Shown one piece after another: positions 60,088-64,000 of a stretch of DNA of 64,000 nucleotides. The DNA is from Malacoraja senta (lineage: Eukaryota). Position numbers and translations under genes: made by a program. Below the pieces are notes generated by a model. That model was not told the DNA's origin. It saw only the letters and a program-made list of their open reading frames with translations, and ran no database searches. The number at the start of each line of letters is the position of its first letter. Position 1 is the first letter of the stretch. The stretch spans positions 62,001 to 126,000 of the forward strand of contig JAXLNO010002359.1 in the NCBI GenBank assembly GCA_038087875.1. The letters are read 5' to 3'.

Positions 60088-61357
60088 TCTCACCCACCCA
60101 CACCCACCCGAAACCACCCTCATCCACCCATACCAACCCAAAACCACCCTCACCCACTCACAACCACCCTCACCCGACCAAAACCACCCTCACCCACCCG
60201 TACAGGGTCTTGGTGAGACCACACCTGGAGTATTGCGTACAGTTTTGGTCTCCAAATCTGAGGAAGGACATTCTTGCCATAGAGGGAGTACAAAGATGGT
60301 TCACTGATTCCTGGGATGTCAGGACTTTCATATGAAGACTGGATAGACTTGGCTTGTACTCGCTAGAATTTAGAAGATTGAGGAGGGATCTTATAGAAAC
60401 TTACAAAATTCTTAAGGGGTTGGACAGGCTAGATGCAGGAAGATTGTTCCCGATTTTGGGGAAGTCCAGGACAAGGGGTCACACAGTTTAAGGATAAGGG
60501 GGAAATCTTTTAGGACCGAGATGAGAAAAACATTTTTTTTTCACACAGAGTGGTGAATCTGTGGAATTCTCTGCCACAGAAGGTAGTTGAAGCCAGTTCA
60601 TTGGCTATATTTAAGAGGGAGTTAGATGTGGCTCTTGTGGCTAAAGGGATCAGGGGGTATGGAGAGAAGGCAGGTACAGGATACTGAGTTGGATGATCAG
60701 CCATGATCATATTGAATGGCGGTGCAGGCTCGAAGGGCCGAATGGCCTACTCCTGCCCCTATTGTCTATGTTTCTATGAAACCACCCACACCCACCCGAA
60801 ACCACCCACACCCACCCGAAACCACCCTCACCCACCCGAAACCACCCTCACCCACCCTAAACCAACCACACCCACCCAAAACCACCCTCACCCACCCGAA
60901 ACCACCCTCACCCGAAACGACCCACACCCACCCGAAACCACCCTCACCCACCCGAAACCACCCTCACCCGAAACCACCCACACCCACCCGAAACCACCCT
61001 CACCCACCCAAAAGCTCCTGAAACCACCCTCACCTGAAACCACCCTCACCCACCCACACCCACGCGAAACCACCCTCACCCACCCGAAACCACCCTCACC
61101 CGAAACCACCCTCACCCACCCGAAACCACCCTCACCCAAAACTACCCTCACCCACGCGAAACCACCCTCACCCACCCGAAATCACCCTCACCCACCCGAA
61201 ACCACCCACACCCACGCGAAACCACCCTCACCCACCCGAAACCATCGTTACCCACCCACACCCACCCGAAACCACCCACACCCACCCGAAACCACCCTCA
61301 CCCACCCAAAACCATCGAAAACCACCCGAAACCACCCTCGCCCACCCGAAACCACCT
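60088..61357. repeat. C/A-rich minisatellite (cccacccgaaaccaccctca, about 20 bp) split by a CR1 3' fragment at about 60200-60776
   Basis: Repeat units on both sides of an RPHLEYC..tail CR1 piece. Confidence 0.93.
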
Positions 61358-61542
61358 TTACAGCCTCTCTCTCTCTTCTTCTTCTTTGGTGTGGCGTGCA
61401 CAGCCTAAAGTTGTTGGACAACTTGTTCTATTTCATCTCTCTCCATCTCTCTCTCTCTCCATCTTTCTGTCACCAGGGTCCGGGGTCTCGGCGCCGGTTT
61501 CATCTTCATCTTGTTCCCGCCCAAAGCTCCAACCGCCAACCG

Positions 61543-61767
61543 CCGACCTCACCTGCCCTCACCAAGATGGCCACCGGCTGCCGTCCTTACCTGCCCTCAC
61601 CAAGATGGCCGCCGGCTGCCGACCTTACCTGCCCTCACCACGATGGCCACCGGCTGCCGACCTTACCTGCCCTCACCACGATGGCCGCCGGCTGCCGACC
61701 TTACCTGCCCTCACCACGATGGCCGCCGGCTGCCGAACTCAGCTGCCCTCACCAGGATGGCCGCCCG
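61543..61767. repeat. 38-bp GC-rich VNTR, 6 copies
   Basis: ccgaccttacctgccctcaccaagatggccgccggctg units starting at 61543, 61581, 61619, 61657, 61695 and 61733. Confidence 0.95.
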
Positions 61768-61769
61768 CC

Positions 61770-61950
61770 CGCCGGTCCCGCCCCCCCCCCACACGGGGCC
61801 GAGTCTCCCCGTCGACCGCATGAGAATGGCGGCGCGCGGGCGGGCGGAGAAGCGGCAGTTGGTGACGTCACTGCCGACGGACCTGAGGTAAATAAATAAA
61901 TAACTGATGATCAGCGGCTGCAGCGGATTGTGCGGGATCGGGTCACGTGG
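61770..61950. promoter_or_regulatory. CpG-rich promoter-like region
   Basis: Dense CpGs, YY1-type aatggcggcg (about 61825), perfect CRE TGACGTCA (61862-61869), possible donor gag|gtaaat at 61888. Confidence 0.5.
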
Positions 61951-62235
61951 GGGAGAAGTGAGTGGGTGAGTGAGGTCAATGACCACATACAGTACAGTAC
62001 AGGCCGGTACAGTCACGTGTGTGGGGGGGGGGGGGAGAGAGAGAGAGCTGAGGGCAATCTCCACATAAACCACGTCTGGGGGAATCAAACTGGTCAAACT
62101 GGGGTCAATTATATAAACTCACCGTCTGGAGCAGCGTCCTGAGATAAAACACCTTATAAATAAACATCTCCCTCTCTCTGGCTCCCAACCCTCTGTAAAT
62201 AATCAATAAATCACCACATAAACTGCACGTCTGGG

Positions 62236-62965
62236 GGAATAAACCCGGTAAATCTGGGGTTAATAATGTTATAAACACACAGGGGAGCAAATTAAACCCA
62301 GTAAAACTGGGGTAAATAATGTTATAAACACACAGGGGAGCGGAATAAACCTGGTAAAACTGGGGTAAAGTAAGTAAGTTTATTGGCCGTATTCACATAC
62401 AAGGAATTTGCCTTGGTGCTCCGCCCACAAGTAACAACATGACATACAGTGACAGTAAATAATGTTACAATACAGTAAATAATATTAGAAACACACAGGG
62501 GAGCGGAATAAACCCGGTCTGGGGTATAACTAGGGTAAATAATGTTATAAACACACAGGGGAACAAAATACACAAACCGGGTATTCCCAAATACACAATA
62601 CACAGCCATCAGGATATTGATCTCAACTCAAACAAAACTCTGAATATTAATAGCCCATTATCAATTTATTTCCACTTTATCTGTTTTATTTATACATGTG
62701 TGTATATATTTATACAATGGTATATGGACACACTGATCTGTTCTGTATTCATGCCGTCTATATTCGTTTGTGCTGAAGCAAAGCAAGAATTTCATTGTCC
62801 TATCTGGGACACACGACAATAAACTCTCTTGAATCTTGAATAAACCCAGTCTGGGGTAAAACTGAGGTAAATAATGTTATAAACACACAGGGGAGCTAAT
62901 TAAACCCGGTCTGGGGTAAAACTGGGGTAAATAATGTCCTAAACACACACGGGAGCGGAATAAAC
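62236..62965. repeat. Imperfect repeat of about 50-55 bp, interrupted by other insertions
   Basis: ctggggtaaataatgttataaacacacaggggagc recurs several times. Confidence 0.8.
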
Positions 62966-63344
62966 TGGGCTGTGGAGTCGTTCCCAAAACATCCGACCCC
63001 GACCCCTCGGTAAAATAATTCTAAATCTGCTGTGATGACATTACACAAGTTGGCATTTCATAAGAACCACATGAATCCTCAGGCTGCCTTTTAAACCCAT
63101 GTCCATAAAGTTTTGAGTCTAACGGTTGTATCTGTGCTAATGTGTTTTTTTTTTAATGTTTATTCTTGAAATAAAAACCATAATTCATTATGCTAAAAGA
63201 AAACTAAATGGCAGAAAGGACCATGACAAAATTAAAGTTCCATTGAATTAAGTAAAAATTATAAAAGCATTACTCCAAAATGTATTAAACTAAGGCCACA
63301 GGTATGAGGTAAATGGCTAAATTATGACAAAAAAAACATCATGT

Positions 63345-64000
63345 GCATAGAAACCATAGAAAATAGGTGCAGGAGGAGGCCATTCGGCCCTTCGGGCCAG
63401 CACCGCCATTCATTGTGATCATGGCTGATCGTCCCCAATCAATAACCCGTGCCTGCCTTCTCCACATATCCCTTGATTCCACTGGCCCCTAGAGCTCTAT
63501 CTAACTCTCTCTTAAATCCATCCAGTGATTTGGCCTCCACTGCCCTCTGTGTCAGGGAATTCCATAAATTCACAACTCTCTGGGTGAAAACTTTTTTTCT
63601 CACCTCTGTCTTAAATGACCTCCCCTTTATTCTAAGACTGTGGCCCCTGGTTCTGGACTCGCCCAACATTGGGAACATGTTTCCTGCATCTAGCTTGTCC
63701 AGTCCTTTTATAATTTTATATGTTTCCATAAGATACCCACTCATCCTTCAAAACTCCAGTGAATACAAGCCTAGTCTTTTCAATCTTTCCTCATATGACA
63801 GTCCCGCCATCACAGGGATCAATCTCGTGAACCTACGCTGCACTGCCTGAATCACAAGGATGCCCTTCCTCAAATTAGGAGACCAAAACTGTACACAATA
63901 CTCCAGATGTGGTCTCACCAGAGCCCTATACAACTGCAGAAGAACCTCTTTACTCCTATACTGAAATCCTCTCGTTATGAAGGCCAACATTCCATTAGCT
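63345..64000 (-). mobile_element. CR1 3' fragment running off the right edge
   Basis: ORFs 63748-63990 and 63439-63744 on -. Confidence 0.93.

Noticed and set aside
60703-61899. 398-aa ORF and His/Thr-rich ORFs at 58735-59178 and 42667-43133
   Set aside because: Stop-free translations of mini- and microsatellites.
63025-63120. C/D-box snoRNA (GTGATGA box C)
   Set aside because: No downstream CTGA box D or terminal stem seen.

Overview
Repeat-dense vertebrate genomic DNA. The HE1-like SINE, CR1 tails and Penelope terminal repeats point to a cartilaginous fish, probably a skate or ray (inferred from recalled repeat families, not a search). Most of the window is transposable elements: a decayed DIRS tyrosine-recombinase retrotransposon, many CR1-clade LINE pieces, a full-length L1 with a single nonsense codon, Penelope-derived hammerhead-bearing repeats, Rex1/Babar and Tx1-like fragments, SINEs, a THAP-transposon fragment and minisatellites. 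One + strand host gene, which the ORF track splits into pieces, can be rebuilt by hand from 14 GT-AG, phase-compatible coding exons (31645-58229, 2877 nt, 958 aa). It encodes a type I membrane protein: signal peptide, eight Ig domains arranged as an internally duplicated (Cys-less V, C2, V, C2) cassette, a transmembrane helix, and a tail with three tyrosine motifs including a canonical ITIM (IHYGSI). The V-C2-V-C2 layout and a WxC F-strand motif recall the CD4/LAG-3 family, but the tail has neither the CD4 Cx(C/H) nor the LAG-3 FxxL motif. It looks like a distinct inhibitory receptor and is the main candidate for an undescribed system. A CpG-rich promoter-like region with a 38-bp VNTR lies near the right end.
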